From positions 2,234,001 through 2,298,000 of the forward strand of contig CM075995.1 of assembly GCA_038087875.1 (NCBI GenBank): a stretch of DNA of 64,000 nt, read 5' to 3'. The first letter of the stretch is position 1, and every line of letters starts with the position of its first letter. Position numbers and translations under genes: made by a program. This DNA comes from Malacoraja senta (lineage: Eukaryota). A model generated the notes under the pieces. That model was not told the DNA's origin. It saw only the letters and a list, made by a program, of their open reading frames with translations, and ran no database searches. Below, in pieces: positions 1 through 13,535 of the stretch.

Positions 1-466
1 CAACTCTACCGCTGCGCCAACGTGCCGCCCATAATTTGGCTTCTTTGTATTCATGCACAGCATTATCTGATCAGATAGAATGCAAAAAAAATCTTTTCAC
101 TGTACTTGGGTACACCTGCCAATAATAAAGCTAGATCTTGCTGGAGATCATGCAAGCTAAGGCACCAGTGGAAATGCCATAATGTTAGTTGATTCCAGAG
201 CTTATGGATTGTAAACGGAAAGAAAGAGCAAAGATTTCATTGGAGACACAAAGAACTGCAGATACCAGAATCTTGCGTAGAACGGTGGATCCGTTTGATT
301 TGTACGTGTGTCAGCGTTATGGGGAGAAGGCAGGAGAATGGGGTTGATAGGGAGAGATAGATCAGCCATGATTGAATGGCGGAGTAGACTCGATGGGCCG
401 AATGGCCTAATTCTGCTCCTAGAACTTATGAACACAAAGTGCTGAAGTAACTCAGTGGGTCAGGCA

Positions 467-992
467 TAGGGTTGCCAACTGTCCCGTATTAGCCGGGACA
501 TCCCGTATATTGGACTAAATTGATTAGTCCCATACGGGCCTACCCTTGTCCTGTATTTGACTGTTACTACTCGGGTCGAGGGGACTGTCGGGTCGGAGCG
601 CCGCGTCCGGCCCTGCCTCACCCGTCCCGGCATAGTGCAGCCCATGGAGTGCAGCAGCAGCAGCAGCAGCGCCTCGCCCGTGGTCCCGTCGGTCGGCAGC
701 CCGGCCAGCTGTCTGACCTTCGCTTACCGCCGACACCACCACCCCTCCTTCTCATGGCCGGTCATTGGTTCATAAGTTGGATGAGGTGCCGGACTTTGCG
801 CGTGACGTCGCGCGGCCCGGGCCAAAACCCCTCAGATGGCCCGCCGGCTGGGCTTTGTGTGCAGTCCAGCACCCGGGCCAACTCATCATTCACCCAGCCA
901 CGGCCGAGTCGGTCAACGAATTGCCGTCGGGAATTTGTCCCTTATTTTGACCTTTTGTCCCTTATTTGGGAGTGAGAACGTTGGCAACCCTA
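467..992. mobile_element. hAT-type non-autonomous DNA transposon (MITE), inserted in a Penelope-like repeat
   Basis: TIRs TAGGGTTGCCAAC (467-479) / GTTGGCAACCCTA (980-992). 8-bp TSD gtcaggca (459-466) / gtcaagca (993-1000), 1 mismatch. Subterminal TGTCCC repeats. The host repeat continues across the insertion. Confidence 0.85.
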
Positions 993-1779
993 GTCAAGCA
1001 GCATCCCTAGAGGGCAGGGATGGCAACGTTTTGGGTCAGTACCCTTCTTCAGACTTTATTGTTTTCGGGATTTCATTGGTTTCAAATTTGTTAGTAAGAA
1101 TAAAAAATTTAAAAAAGCACGTCTTAGTTTCGCAGAATAATTACATATTTTCTAGATAGCTGCTACACAAAGAAACAACAGTACTGCTTTTCCTTAACTC
1201 AAGCCTGCTAATTATTGGTAATTACCTTGAGCATCATTCTAAACCATTGGAACGATTTCGAGGGATGCGAGCCAAATGCAGGGAAGTGGGAGTAGCTTAT
1301 GGTCGGCATGGACGAGTTGGGCCGAAGGGCCTGATTCCATGCTGTATGACTTTATCTATGACTATCTACCAATCCATTTATTTTAGATAGTTGATTAATT
1401 TGAAATTTGTCATTGAATCATCCATAATAGCTCTGTGTCAAGTAAAATGACACTGCAATTATACAATTTAATCAGTGGTTTACCAACTTCACCAGATATG
1501 CTGATAAAGAAAATTCATTCGAGCAATTCAAGTTTTGTTGCACAACCAACTCCAGGCCTCAATTTGTTTGCAGAAGGAGGAGAAACATTCACAACTTAGT
1601 CCATGTGTTTTCCTGGTGCTTTCTCTAACTATATGCTAGTTTAGGTGACTTTTATTCTATTTGCAGATCAAACAAGGACGCGTGTGTGCAAGCACCACAA
1701 TGCCCAGGCCTTCTGCATAGTCAGGCAGAGTTTAAAAATACCTCCAAATCTCTGGCTATGGTGAGGGTTATAGAGTCAA

Positions 1780-2295
1780 AAAGTCATAGAGTCACACAGT
1801 GCGGAGACAGGCCCTCTGGCCCAACACGACCAACATGTCCCATCTACACTGGTCCCATCTGCCTGTGTTTGGCCCACATCCCACTGAACCTGTCCTATCC
1901 ATGTGCCTGTTCAAATGTTTCTTAAGAGGTGCTTCAACCTACCTCCTCTGGCAGCTCGTTCCATACACCCACCACCGTTTGGGTGAAAAGGTCACCCCAC
2001 AAGTTCCCATTAAATCTTTCTCCCCCTCACCGTAAACCCATATCCTCTGGTCCTTAATGTTCATTATCTCACAGTTTTGTGCACCTCTATAAGATCACCA
2101 CACATCCTCCTGCACTCCAAGTATTAAAGCACTTGCCTGCTCAACCTCTCCCTATAGCTCAGGCCCTTGAGTCCTGGCAACATCATTTGTAAATCCTCTC
2201 TGCACCCTTTCCAGCTTGACAAAGTCTTTCCCATAACATGGGTGACCAAAACGGAACACATTACCCTAAATGTGGCCTCACAATCATCTTTGATG
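1780..2295 (-). mobile_element. CR1 LINE 3' fragment
   Basis: Minus-strand translation includes MMLPGLKGLSYRERLSR. Ends in an (ATGACTCT)-type tail near 1770-1795. Confidence 0.75.
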
Positions 2296-3020
2296 AGACC
2301 TTCGACATTCAGCTGTAGTATCCCAGCATCCTTGCCTTTGACGGCAACTGCCGCCCGCTCTGAAAAGAGCGTGAAGCTTGGCTCAAGGCTGCGATACACA
2401 GTCTTTGTCCTATCCTTGGTTTGGTTTTGTGTTATCGGTATCTGTCTCCACGAAGAATTCCACGAGAGAAGACTAACTGGATTAACAGGAGAGACCGCGA
2501 GAAGGTTGCCGACAACTCTCTCAGATGTGGATGCAGATGTTGACACAGAGACAACAACTTGGCTGCTCAACACCCAGCTTGAGATCTAACTATTCCTTTG
2601 GTTTCTGTTTCATTCGCAAGAAGCAGACAATCATCTTACATAAAACTGGCGTGTAGGAAGGAACTGCAGATGCTGGTTTAAACCGAAGATGGTTTAGAAA
2701 GATGGAGTAACTCAGCGGGACTGGCAGCATCTCTGGCGAGAAGGAATGGGTGACATTTTCGGTCGAGACCTTTCCTCAGTCTGTATGCTCGTGGTCTTGC
2801 CAAGGCAAAGTGAAATGTAGTTACAGGTAGACTCCAGCAATTTACATTCTCAGCAGAAGTGCCAAACGCATTTGGTACCAATCATACTTTGTAATCAATC
2901 ATGTTGTACATAATAATTCAAATGTGTAATGCCTGCCTTTCAAGCTGTAGCAGCAGATTTTTATATCGTTCAAGAGATTACTCTCTCTAGCCGCTAAGTG
3001 GACTGCATGGTTAAGGGGAA

Positions 3021-3430
3021 TGTCGTTATACGCATGCGAGCTCTCCGTCGGGGACCTTCAGAGCTTCTTCACAGATAAATCTTCATAACACAGATTTTGA
3101 TTAATATATTCTTTATTGTTGATGAAAAACAATAAGGTACATCCAAACTTCTTCGGACTCGTACACTATAATCTTCATCGAACTCCAGCTTATCGCTTTA
3201 AAGGTTAGAAAACTCCTCGCGTCTCCGTTACACTTCGCATGGTCCAAGGGTAAACCTTCCCCATGCTGGTCCAAAACTAAACTAAAAACTAAGCTTCTAC
3301 GCAAGAAACTTAACTCCAAACACGCCCTAAAATACGTCATAAATCCCACCCACAATATAACGTGCAGTCTAAAATTTAAAGACACATGCCATGATTAATG
3401 ACACACAAAACAAGCCAAATGGCCACTACA
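3021..3430 (-). mobile_element. possible solo LTR
   Basis: About 410 bp bounded by TGTCGT...ACTACA (TG..CA, 5/6 terminal inverted match), with AATAAA on the minus strand near 3112-3117. No TSD found. Confidence 0.35.
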
Positions 3431-3974
3431 CAAGCCAATGTGTCTAACTCTGGCTCACAACCATGGCAAGCTTACATCGTCCCATGGAAAGTGCAGAGGA
3501 GATTTAATAGAATTATTACCAAGGATGATAGAGTTCAATGAAAATTCAACAATTACCAAATATACCATAGAAATTAGTATTCATATCCTTCCAACAGAAA
3601 ATGTTAAGGAGAGGTTTTATAGATTTTTTTTTTTTTAACTCCAAAGGGTTTTGGTAAAGTGACTGCTGAGAAATGTTCTTCAGTGGCAGAAAATTTAATT
3701 TTCAGACTGTGTGGATTTAAGGTAATTGATTTTAAAAAGAGGTAGTGCGAAGAGAAAGTAAATTACTTTGTAAATGGATACGATCAGGAACATCGCAACA
3801 GAAAAGGTGGTGGAAGCAGATTCAATAATAGTTTTCGAAATTTAATTGGATATATTCTTGAAACGGAAACATTTTGCAGTTGAGGGGTGAGAGTGGGGGC
3901 ATGATTCTAATACCTAACTAAGTATGTGTAGAAAGGAACTGCAGATGCTGGTTTAAACCGAAGATAGACACTGT

Positions 3975-4372
3975 GTCTGGAATTTAGAAGAATGAGAGGG
4001 GATCTTATTGAAACATATAAGATTGTTAAGGGTTTGGACACGCGAGAGGCAGGAAACATGTTCCCGATGTTGGGGGAGTCCAGAACCAGGGGCCACAGTT
4101 TAAGAATAAGGGGTAAGCCATTTAGAACGGAGACGAGGAAACACTTTTTCTCACAGAGAGTTGTGAGTCTGTGGAATTCTCTGCGTCGGTGGAGGCCGAT
4201 TCTCTGGATACTTTCAAGAGAGAGCTAGATAGGGCTCTTAAAGATAGCGGAGTCAGGGGATATGGGGAGAAGGCAGGAACGGGGTACTGATTGGGGATGA
4301 TCAGCCATGATCACATTGAATGGCAGTGCTGGCTCGAAGGGCCTACTCCTGCACCTATTGTCTATTGTCTAT
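3975..4372 (+). mobile_element. CR1 LINE 3' fragment
   Basis: RMRGDLIETYKIVKG...TRGHSL...FFSQRVVSLWNSL C-terminal motifs; (ATTGTCT)n tail. Confidence 0.9.
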
Positions 4373-4474
4373 AAAATGTTGGAGTAACTCAGTGGGTCAT
4401 GTTGCATCACTTCAGAATACCAAAATAAGTATACTTTTATCAAAGAATACTGCATACTGTTATACTCTTATACT

Positions 4475-4715
4475 GAACCACTCTACCACAACTGGAGAGC
4501 AGTCCTAAACTACTATCTACCTCATTGGTGACCCTCAGATTATCTTTGCTCGAACTTTACTAGCTTTACCTTGCACTAAACGTTATTCCCCTATCGTGTA
4601 TCTATAAACTGTAAATGGCTTGATTGTAAACATGTATTGTCTTTCCGCTAACTGGTTAGCACGCAACAAAAGCTTTTCACTGTACCTCGGTACACGTGAC
4701 AATAAACTAAACTAA
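4475..4715 (+). mobile_element. Rex1/Babar-like LINE 3' end
   Basis: Same 3' UTR as the copies at 18459-18862 and 60385-61037, which encode ..KTHTSRF.DSFFPAVIRQ. Ends TTTCACTGTACCTCGGTACACGTGACAATAAA(CTAAA)n. Confidence 0.7.
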
Positions 4716-5600
4716 ATCTGAGAAGAGCTAGAGAGGGCAAAATGAGATGAATGTCCTTCATCTATTCTGTAGCATTTATTCCCACCAGGATATGCACAAG
4801 CCTGGGACACAAGGGCACAAACCAGGCTCTCCACCACCAATGGGCTGCCTGTCCTGCTGAGTTACTCGAGCATTTTGTGTCTATCATCAGTGTAAACCAG
4901 CATCTGCAGTTCCTTCCTACACATTTTCTCTCCACCAATAAGTGGAATATCTGTAAATAGAAACATAGAAAATAGGTGCAGGAGTAGGCCATTCGGCCCT
5001 TCGAGCCAGCACTGCCATTCAATATGATCATGGCTGATCATCTAAAATTAGTACCCCGTTCCTGCTTTTTCCCCATATCCTTTGTTTCCTTTATCTCTAC
5101 AAGCTAAATTCAACTCTCACTTGAAAACATCCAGTGAATTGGCCTCGACTGCCTTCTGTGGCAAATTCCACAGACTCAGAACTCTACGGGTGAAAAGAGA
5201 TACAGTGAAAAGAGCACGGCAGATTTGCTGGCTCACAGCGCTAGAGTCCCGGGTTCGATCCTGACCACAGGTGCCGTCTGTACGGAGTCTGTACGTTCTC
5301 CCCGTGACAGCGTGGGCTTTCTCCGGGTGCTCTGGTTTCCTCCCACATTGTCCCTGTTTTGGAGGATAGAACTAGCGTACGGGTAATCGTTGGTCACCGT
5401 GGACTCGGTGGGCCGAAGAGCATGTTTCCATTCTGCATCTCTATACTAAAGCAAACTAAAAGACTAAACTAGCAGAAGAATTCCCTTAGTCTTCAGATCA
5501 TGGGTGCTCAGTGGTGAGGATTAAGGAAGTACAGCAAGGATCTGAAGATTTTTTAAAAAAGGAGTGGAAGGGGTTGGTGAGGAACATTGGAATCAGTGGA

Positions 5601-5782
5601 AGATAGACACAAAATGCTGGAGTAACTGAGCGGGACAGGCAGCATCTCTGGAGAGAAGGAATGGGTGACGTTTTGGGTCGAGACCCTTCTTCAGACTGAT
5701 CAGTGTGCCGGTCCCGCTAAGTTACTCCAACATTTTGTGTCTATCTTCGATTTAAACCAGCATCTGCAGTTCTTTCCTACAC
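5601..5782. mobile_element. Penelope-like terminal repeats in inverted arrangement
   Basis: A minus-strand copy with a hammerhead-like core (5667-5695) is followed by a plus-strand copy of the same repeat. Confidence 0.7.
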
Positions 5783-5937
5783 GCAGTGTTTTCTCTGAGC
5801 CTAAAACGTGCTCATCTACAGATCGCTGAACCGCACTCCAATACAATCTTTACTTTTTAACCCACCACACCATCTTCAACTCATTAACCTTCTGAACTCA
5901 AACCCTCATGAGGTTCGACCTCTGTGAGATCTCCAAA

Positions 5938-6456
5938 CACGTTGGTGAGGCCGCATTTAGAGTAATGTGTTCAGTTCTGGACACCATGTTAATGGAAAGA
6001 TGTTGTCAAGTTCGAAAGCACGCAGAGAAGATTTACAAGGATGTTGTCAGGACTCGAGGGCCTGAGCTATAGGGAGAGGTTGAGCAGGCTAGGACTCTAT
6101 TCCCTTGAGCACAGGAGGATGAGGGGTGATCTTATAGAGGTGTACAAAATGATGAGAAGAATAGATCGGGTAGATGCACTGAATCTCTTGCCCAGAATAA
6201 GGGAATCGAGAACCAGAGGGCATAGGTTTAAGGTAAAGGGGGAAAGATTTTATAGGAATCTGAGGGGTAACTTTTTCAAATTACACAAAGGGTGGTGGGT
6301 GTATGGAACGAGCTGCCTGAGGAGGTAGTTGAGGCAGGGACTATTGCAACGTTTAAGAAACAATTATACAGGTGCATGGATTGGACAGGTTTAGAGGCCA
6401 AATGTAGGCAAGCGGGAACGGTGTAGATGGAACATGTTGGTCGGTGTGGGCAAGTC
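5938..6456 (+). mobile_element. CR1 LINE 3' fragment
   Basis: ORF 6041-6328: LSYRERLSRLGLYSLEHRRMRGDLIEVYK...TRGH. Confidence 0.9.
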
Positions 6457-6765
6457 TGTAACCTCCTCTCCCCCCCCCCCCCTCTACTACCATGCCTGGC
6501 ACACCTCACCCTTCACCCAATATCACACTCCACACCCCCTGCAATCTCTGATCCACATCTCTCATGGTCTTCATACCTTTCCACGCAGTTATCCAAATCC
6601 TTCACTGTCCTACACTGTGTTCTACTCCACATATCCAGGATCTAATCCTGAGCTACTCTCCTGTTCAACAGCAAAACAGGAAGTATGGATCCCTAACCAG
6701 CCTGAAGAAGGGTCTCGACCCGAAGCGTCGCCCGTTCCTTCTCTCCAGAGATGCTGCCTATATAC

Positions 6766-7416
6766 TGGACATGTTTGCATGGGTAGGTATTTCCAATTGG
6801 GAGGATGAGCAGAGAGTCTTGGAAACCAAAAACAAGCTGCTGGAAGTCAAATCAAATCAAGTTTATTGTTATATACACAAGTGCCGCCTTCCGCAAAAGG
6901 CATTGGAGGACAATTCACTGGATGATTTCAAGAGAGAGTTAGATTTAGGGCTAACAGAATCAAGGGATATGGGGAGAAAGCTGATTTTGGATGATCAGCC
7001 ATGATCATATTGAATGGCGGTGCTGGCTCGAAGGGCCGAACGGCCTACTTTTGCACCTATTTTCTGTTTTCCATGTTCTCTCAGTGACCTACAGGTTCAA
7101 TGAAAATCTTGCTTGAAGCAGCATCACAGGCACCTAGACTCAGACGACAAACAAAAATATAAATGATACATAAAAATGCACATATTCTATCATACAGTGA
7201 AAAGAAAAACACTGTGATCAAGACATTAGTGCAAATTCGTGCAAAAGAGGGTTAGAAGGAACATTGGAAGGAGCTAGAGGGTGGTGAATCTGTGGAAGAG
7301 TTAAAATTGGCATGTCGTAAAGGTAATACTACGGTTGCTATGGGGGATTTCAACATGCAGGTAGACTGGGTAAATCAGGTTGTTACAGGACCCCAAGAAA
7401 GGGAGTTTGTGGAGTG
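6766..7416 (+). repeat. ~650-bp direct duplicate of 9449-10104, inserted into a Penelope-like repeat
   Basis: Near-identical to 9449-10104 (scattered substitutions, one 5-bp indel). Flanks are the two halves of a Penelope-like repeat: gatgctgcct | ttactccagc. Confidence 0.9.
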
Positions 7417-7787
7417 TTACTCCAGCTTTTTGTGTCTATCTTCGGCTCATCCGCAGTTCCTTCCTAAACAAAACAGGCTTGTCAGTCGAGCTGTATTTTA
7501 GGTATTAAACCTGCTGAAGCTGTTAAACAACACCTGCACTGACTTACTGGAGAGTATCCGGCAAATCTAATTTTTGCATCCAAAATCATCCTTCAGAGCC
7601 TGTCGGTATTGGGGCCCGCTTACATCAATCTGATTTCCATATGGCATGTCCAGTTCCCGACTTATAATCACATTTAATACTTTTCATGCACGACAATGCT
7701 AACTATATCCTGCATTCTGTATCTTCCCCCTTTGCTCTATCTATTGCACTTGATTGTATTTTTGTATCTGATCTGTCTGGACAGCAT

Positions 7788-8785
7788 GCAGGGATGTAAT
7801 GCTGAGGCTCTCTCTGTAAGGCGCTGGTCAGGTCACATTTAGAGTACTGTGAGCAATTTCTGAGGAAGGATATGCTGGCCCTCGAGAGGGTCCAGAGATA
7901 ATGATCCCAGGAATGAGTGGGTTACCATATGATGAGCTTTTGTCAGCACTGTCAGCGTTTGTCAGTACTCGCTGGAGTTTAGAAGATTGAGAGGGGAGGG
8001 GGACCTCATTGAAACATACAGAATAGTGAAAGGCCTGGATACGGAGAGGATGTTTCCACTAGTGGGAGGGTCTAGGACTAGAGATCATAGTTTCAGAATT
8101 AAAGGACTTTCCTTTCGGAAGGAGATGAGGAGGAATTTCTTTAGTCAGAGGGTGGTGAATCTCTGGAATTCTCTGTTGTACAGGGTCTTGGTGAGACCAC
8201 ACCTGGTGTATTGCGTACAGTTTTGGTCACCAAATCTGAGGAAAGACATTCTTGCCATAGAGGGATTACAGAGAAGGTTCACCAGACTGATTCCTGGGAT
8301 GTCAGGACTTTCATATGAAGAAAGACTGGATAGACTCGGCTTGTACTCGCTAGAATTTAGGAGATTGAGGGGGGATCTTATAGAAACTTACAAAATTCTT
8401 AAGGGGTTGGACAGGCTAGATGCAGGAAGATTGTTCCCGATGTTGGGGAAGTCCAGGACAAGGGGTCACAGTTTAAGGATAAAGGGGAAATCTTTTAGGA
8501 CCGAGATGAGAAAAACATTTTTCACACATAGAGTGGTGAATCTCTGGAATTCTCTGCCACAGAAGGTAGTTGAGGCCAGTTCATTGGCTATATTTAAGAG
8601 GGAGTTAGATGTGGCCAAATCAATGGATATTTTTAAGGCAGAGATAGATAGATTCTTGATTAGTACATGTGTTAGGGGTTATGGGGAGAAGGCAGGAGAA
8701 TGGGGTTAGGAGGGAGAAATAGATCAGCCTTGATTGAATTGCGGAGTAGACTTGATGGCTGAATGGCCTAATTCTGCTCCTATCA
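7788..8785 (+). mobile_element. nested or chimeric CR1 LINE 3' fragments
   Basis: ORF 7987-8709 contains the CR1 C-terminus twice (GDLIETY..RVVNLWNSL), i.e. one CR1 fragment inside another. Confidence 0.85.
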
Positions 8786-9979
8786 ATAGACAATAGACAA
8801 TAGGTGCAGGAATAGGCCATTCAGCCCTTCAAGCAAGCACCGCCATTCAATGTGATCATGGCTGATCATCCACAATCAGTACCCCGTCCCTGCCTTCTCC
8901 CCATGTCCCCTGACTATCTTCAAGAGCTCTATCTAGCTCTCTCTTGAAAGTATCCAGAGAACCGGCCTCCACCGCCCTTTGAGGCAGAGAATTATGACCA
9001 TATGACCATATGAAAACAATGCTTTTCATTGTACCTGGGTACATGTAACAATATTAAACCTAAACCTAAATCTTGTCTTAAGTTGCTATTTCAATGATTT
9101 GATTTGAGTTGCAATGGTAACTGACTCAGCACATCAGGAAATTGTGTTCAAGCATTTCCACTGGGAGAGAAGACGTTTAGTTTTTGATTCACCAGGATTG
9201 TTGGTACGATTCTGTTAATGTTGAGGAAGGAACTGCAGATGCTGGTTTGCACCGAAGATCGAAACAAAATGCTGGAGTAACTCAGCGGGAAGGCAGCATC
9301 TCTGGATACAAGGAATGGGTGACGTTTCAGACTGTCCCAATTCTGTTAATGTGTGGTCTTTTGATAATGATTCAACTTGTTATAGTGCAAGTTATAGTGC
9401 AGAAGGCCATTTTCCTAGCTTCAGGTCTCTTGCGCAAATCAGTCGTCATGGACATGTTTCCATGGGTAGGTATTTCCAATTGGGAGGATGAGCAGAGAGT
9501 CTTGGAAACCAAAAACAAGCTGCTGGAAGTCAAATCAAATCAAGTTTATTGTTATATACACAAGTGCCGCCTTCCGCAAAAGGCATTGGAGGACAATTCA
9601 CTGGATGATTTCAAGAGAGAGTTAGATTTAGGGCTAACAGAATCAAGGGATATGGGGAGAAAGCTGATTTTGGATGATCAGCCATGATCATATTGAATGG
9701 CGGTGCTAGCTCAAAGGGCCGAACGGCCTACTTTTGCAATTATTTTCTGTTTTCCATGTTCTCCAAGTACAGTGACCTACAGGTTCAATGAAAATCTTGC
9801 TTGAAGCAGCATCACAGGCACCTAGACTCAGACGACAAACAAAAATATAAATGATACATAAAAATGCACATATTCTATCATACAGTGAAAAGAAAAACAC
9901 TGTGATCAAGACATTAGTGCAAATTAGTGCAAAAGAGGGTTAGAAGGAACATTGGAAGGAGCCAGAGGGTGGTGAATCT

Positions 9980-11409
9980 GTGGAAGTGTTAAAATTGGCA
10001 TGTCGTAAGGGTAATACTACGGTTGTTATGGGGGATTTCAACATGCAGGTAGACTGGGTAAATCAGGTTGTTACTGGACCCCAAGAAAGGGAGTTTGTGG
10101 AGTGCCTCCGTGATGGATTCTTAGAGCAGCTTGTACTGGAGCCCACCAGGGAGAAGGCAATTCTGGATTTAGTGATGTGTAATGAACCGGATTTGATAAG
10201 GGAACTTGAGGTTAAGGAGCCATATTGAGGTTAAGTGACCATAATATGATAAGTTTTAATCTACAATTTGATAGGGAGAAGGGAAAATCGGAGGTGTCAG
10301 TATTACAGTTGAACAAAGGGGACTATGGAGCCATGAGGGACGAACTGGCCAAAGTTGACTGGAAAGAGATCCTAGCAGGGATGACAGTGGAACAACAATG
10401 GCAGGTATTTCTGGGAATACTACAGAAGGTGCAGGATCAGTTCATTCCAATGAGGAAGAAATATTCCAAGGGGAGTAAGGGGTGACCGTGGCTGACAAGG
10501 GAAGTCATGGACAGCATAAAAATAATAGAGAATAAGTACAACTTGGCAAAGATGAGTGGGAAGCCAGAGGACTGGGTAACATTTAAAGAGCAACAGAAGA
10601 TAACTAAAAAGGCAATACGGGGAGAAAGGATGAGGTACGAAGGTAAGCTAGCCAAGAATATAAAGGAGGATAGTAAAAGCTTCTTTAGGTATGTGGAGGA
10701 AAAAATTATTTCAGATCAAAGTTGGACCCTTTATTATGGGGAACAAGGAAATGGCAGATGAGTTGAACAGGTACTTTGGATCCGTCTTCACTAAGGAAGA
10801 TACAAACAATCTTCCTGATGTATGAGTGGTCTTAGGACCTGGGGTGACGTAGGAATGGAAGGAAATCCACATTAGGCAGGAAATGGTGTTGGGTAGACTG
10901 ATGGGACTGAAAGCTGATAAATCCCCAGGCCTGATGGTCTGCATCCCAGGGTACTTAAGGAAGTGGCTCTAGAAATCGTAGACACATTGGTGATAATTTT
11001 CCAATGTTCTTTAGATACAGGATCAGTTCCTGTGGATTGGAGGGTAGCTAATGTTATCCCACTTTTTAAGAAAGGCAGGAGAGAGAAAGCAGGGAATTAT
11101 AGACCAGTTAGTCTGACATTGGTGGTGGGGAAGATGCTGGAGTCAATCATAAACGATGAAATAGCAGCACATTTGGATAGCAGTAACAGGATCGGTCCGA
11201 GTCAGTATGGATTTGCGAAGGGCAAATCATGCTTGACTAATCTTCTGGAAATCTTTGAGGATGTAACTAGGAAAGTGGACAAGGGAGAGCCAGTGGATGA
11301 GGACTACCTGGACTTTCAGAAAGCATTTGATAAGGTCCCACATAGGAGATTAGTGGGCAAAATTAGGGCACATGGTATTGGGGGTAGAGTGCTGACATGG
11401 ATAGAAAAT
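9980..11409 (+). pseudogene. CR1 LINE ORF2, 5' part (APE endonuclease end plus start of RT), disrupted
   Basis: VVMGDFN, EPTREKAILDLV, SDH (APE); KSPG-PDGLHP, WRVANVIPLFKKG, NYRPVSLT, SQYGF, DFQKAFDKVPH (RT). Contains stops and frameshifts. Confidence 0.92.
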
Positions 11410-13212
11410 AGTGAGATTAAACGAGAACTTGCCAGTTTGAAGTTTGATCTTTATTTTATGAGGAGTTACGATGAGAGATTACGTGACGAAGCCGTCAACC
11501 CGCATACGTGTCAATCTTCAAAGCAGCGGTGTGAAATCACAGATAACAGTAGTTGACCTAAACATAGTAAGATTGGAGAGAACTAGAACTACCAGCTGAA
11601 CTTTTTATGAGGAGGGTTGGGAGTGGAGGGCACGTAATCCCTCATCGTAACACCTCATAAAATAATGATCAAACTTCAAACTGGCAAGTTCTCGTTTAAT
11701 CTCACTATTTTACTTCGGAGTCACGTGAGTGACTACGTGAAGACTTTAAAGCTCTGTGATTTCATGCCGGATACGAGTCCAGGCGTCACACACTGCATCA
11801 ATTGACCATGGATGAGTGAAAAAGATTAATGTATTCAGACATCACATAGTTTGCTAAAATGCTGATGCTTAATCATCAAATGAAATTAATAGTGACCCTT
11901 CCCGTCCTGGGGGAAACTATGAAACAGAACATAAATGGAATTGGCAAATACACCCATTCTGGCAATGGGTATTATAAGAATTGGAAAATTTGTTCGTTTG
12001 ACCATCCTACAGCCGCTAGGATGTGGTCCAGTGGTATGTACATAACCCTGCTGCTGACGTTGTAGCAGCCCTAGTGGAGTGAGATTAGAAAATATTAGTA
12101 TTTACTCCTGCATAAGCCAAGACCCGTTTTGACCACCTGGAGATGGTCTGGATTGATATCTTTTATGAGGTTTTTAGTAACTAACAATCATTGCTAGTGC
12201 AGAGCCTCTAAGGCTCTAGGTGACCTTGACGTATTGTTGTAAAAGTGTGACCACACACAACCAAAGGTCCATGGGGTATGCCATGAGAAAATGTTTGGGA
12301 CCTGACGCCCCTGGTCTGCTCTGCTTAACTACATCATAAAACATAAAATATATATTATTAGCAGATGTAACCATCCTGTCCAGTCGCAATTTAAGTAGTG
12401 GCTGGACTAGTTGCACTGAGACTAGCGCCACGAGCATAACCACTTTGTAAGTGAGTTGACCAGGGATAGAGATGTAGTTGGGCCCTACTGGCGAAGCAGT
12501 TTAAGAACAATGCTAACATCCCATATCTCCAAGTACCTGGGCCTGGGAGAATTTGCGTTAAAGATATCCTTTATAAATCTGAATATCAGAGGGTGAGACC
12601 CGACAGAGTGTGTCCCGATCGCTGCAGCAACTATGATGAGGAAGCACGTTGGCACCGTAACTTAATTAATTGTCAAAAGACCCATCTGAAAATGAACTCC
12701 GAGACGTTAGTTATCCGTGCCGTATTATATGTAACATTGGCATGAAACAAAACACTTACCATCTCCTGATGAGGAAAAAGTGCTGCTTTCTCAGTGCTAT
12801 CCCTGCACTCTGCAGTGAGCACATACATAGATTGGTCTGGCAACCCGTGCCGCCGAACGGTTCTGAGAGTCTGCAAGTCTATAAATTGATTTAATCATGC
12901 AGAGGATGGTCTCCCGAGTCACGGGGTGAACCACCAATTTTTTGTGTTTAGGATAACCAAATAGGTCCTATATCATTCCCAACATTAGCAGGAACCATGC
13001 CTACATAGGCCATTCAGGCAGTACGAAAATGCCTGAGGCGAGATCTTGCTGGATTTTGTGCAAGGCAAAATGGAGGAAAGACATAAAGAACATTCCTCCT
13101 CAGTGTAGCGAGAATACATCTATTGCCACTGTGCCACATATTTTGCAATGGTGAGAGAGCCTGGATGCAAAACATATTGATATTCGGTGTTCCATCGAAG
13201 CACAATGTCATT

Positions 13213-13535
13213 AAATAATAATAATAATATCTTTTATTGTCATTGCACATCAGTGCAACGAGATTTAGTATGCAGCTCCACCGATGTACAAAAAAAGTAA
13301 AATAAATAAGCAAGCAAGCTGAGTGACGTGACCATCCGAGGGAGACTGTCCAGGGGGGGTGGGTGGGGGGGGGCACTCAGCAGGGCCGGTTCAGAGCCAC
13401 TATAGCTCTTGGAATAAAGCTGTTTCTGAGTCTGGAGGTTCGGGCGTAGAAGGCCTTGTAACGTCTGCCGGAGGGAAGTAGTTCAAACAGTCCGTTACAA
13501 GGGTGTGATGAGTCCTTATGGATGCTGACGGCCTT
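13213..13535 (-). mobile_element. Rex1/Babar LINE 3' fragment inserted in the DIRS element
   Basis: HPCNGLFELLPSGRRYKAFYARTSRLRNSFIPRAI C-terminus; (TAT)n tail at 13213-13229. Confidence 0.8.

Noticed and set aside
520..975. polyQ-containing 151-aa ORF
   Set aside because: Lies wholly inside a GC-rich MITE, where stop codons are rare by composition.
2167..2589. 140-aa ORF with a hydrophobic stretch
   Set aside because: Starts in antisense CR1, has no convincing splice signals and no recognisable homology.
7987..8709. 240-aa ORF as a host gene
   Set aside because: It is a chimera of nested CR1 ORF2 C-terminal fragments.
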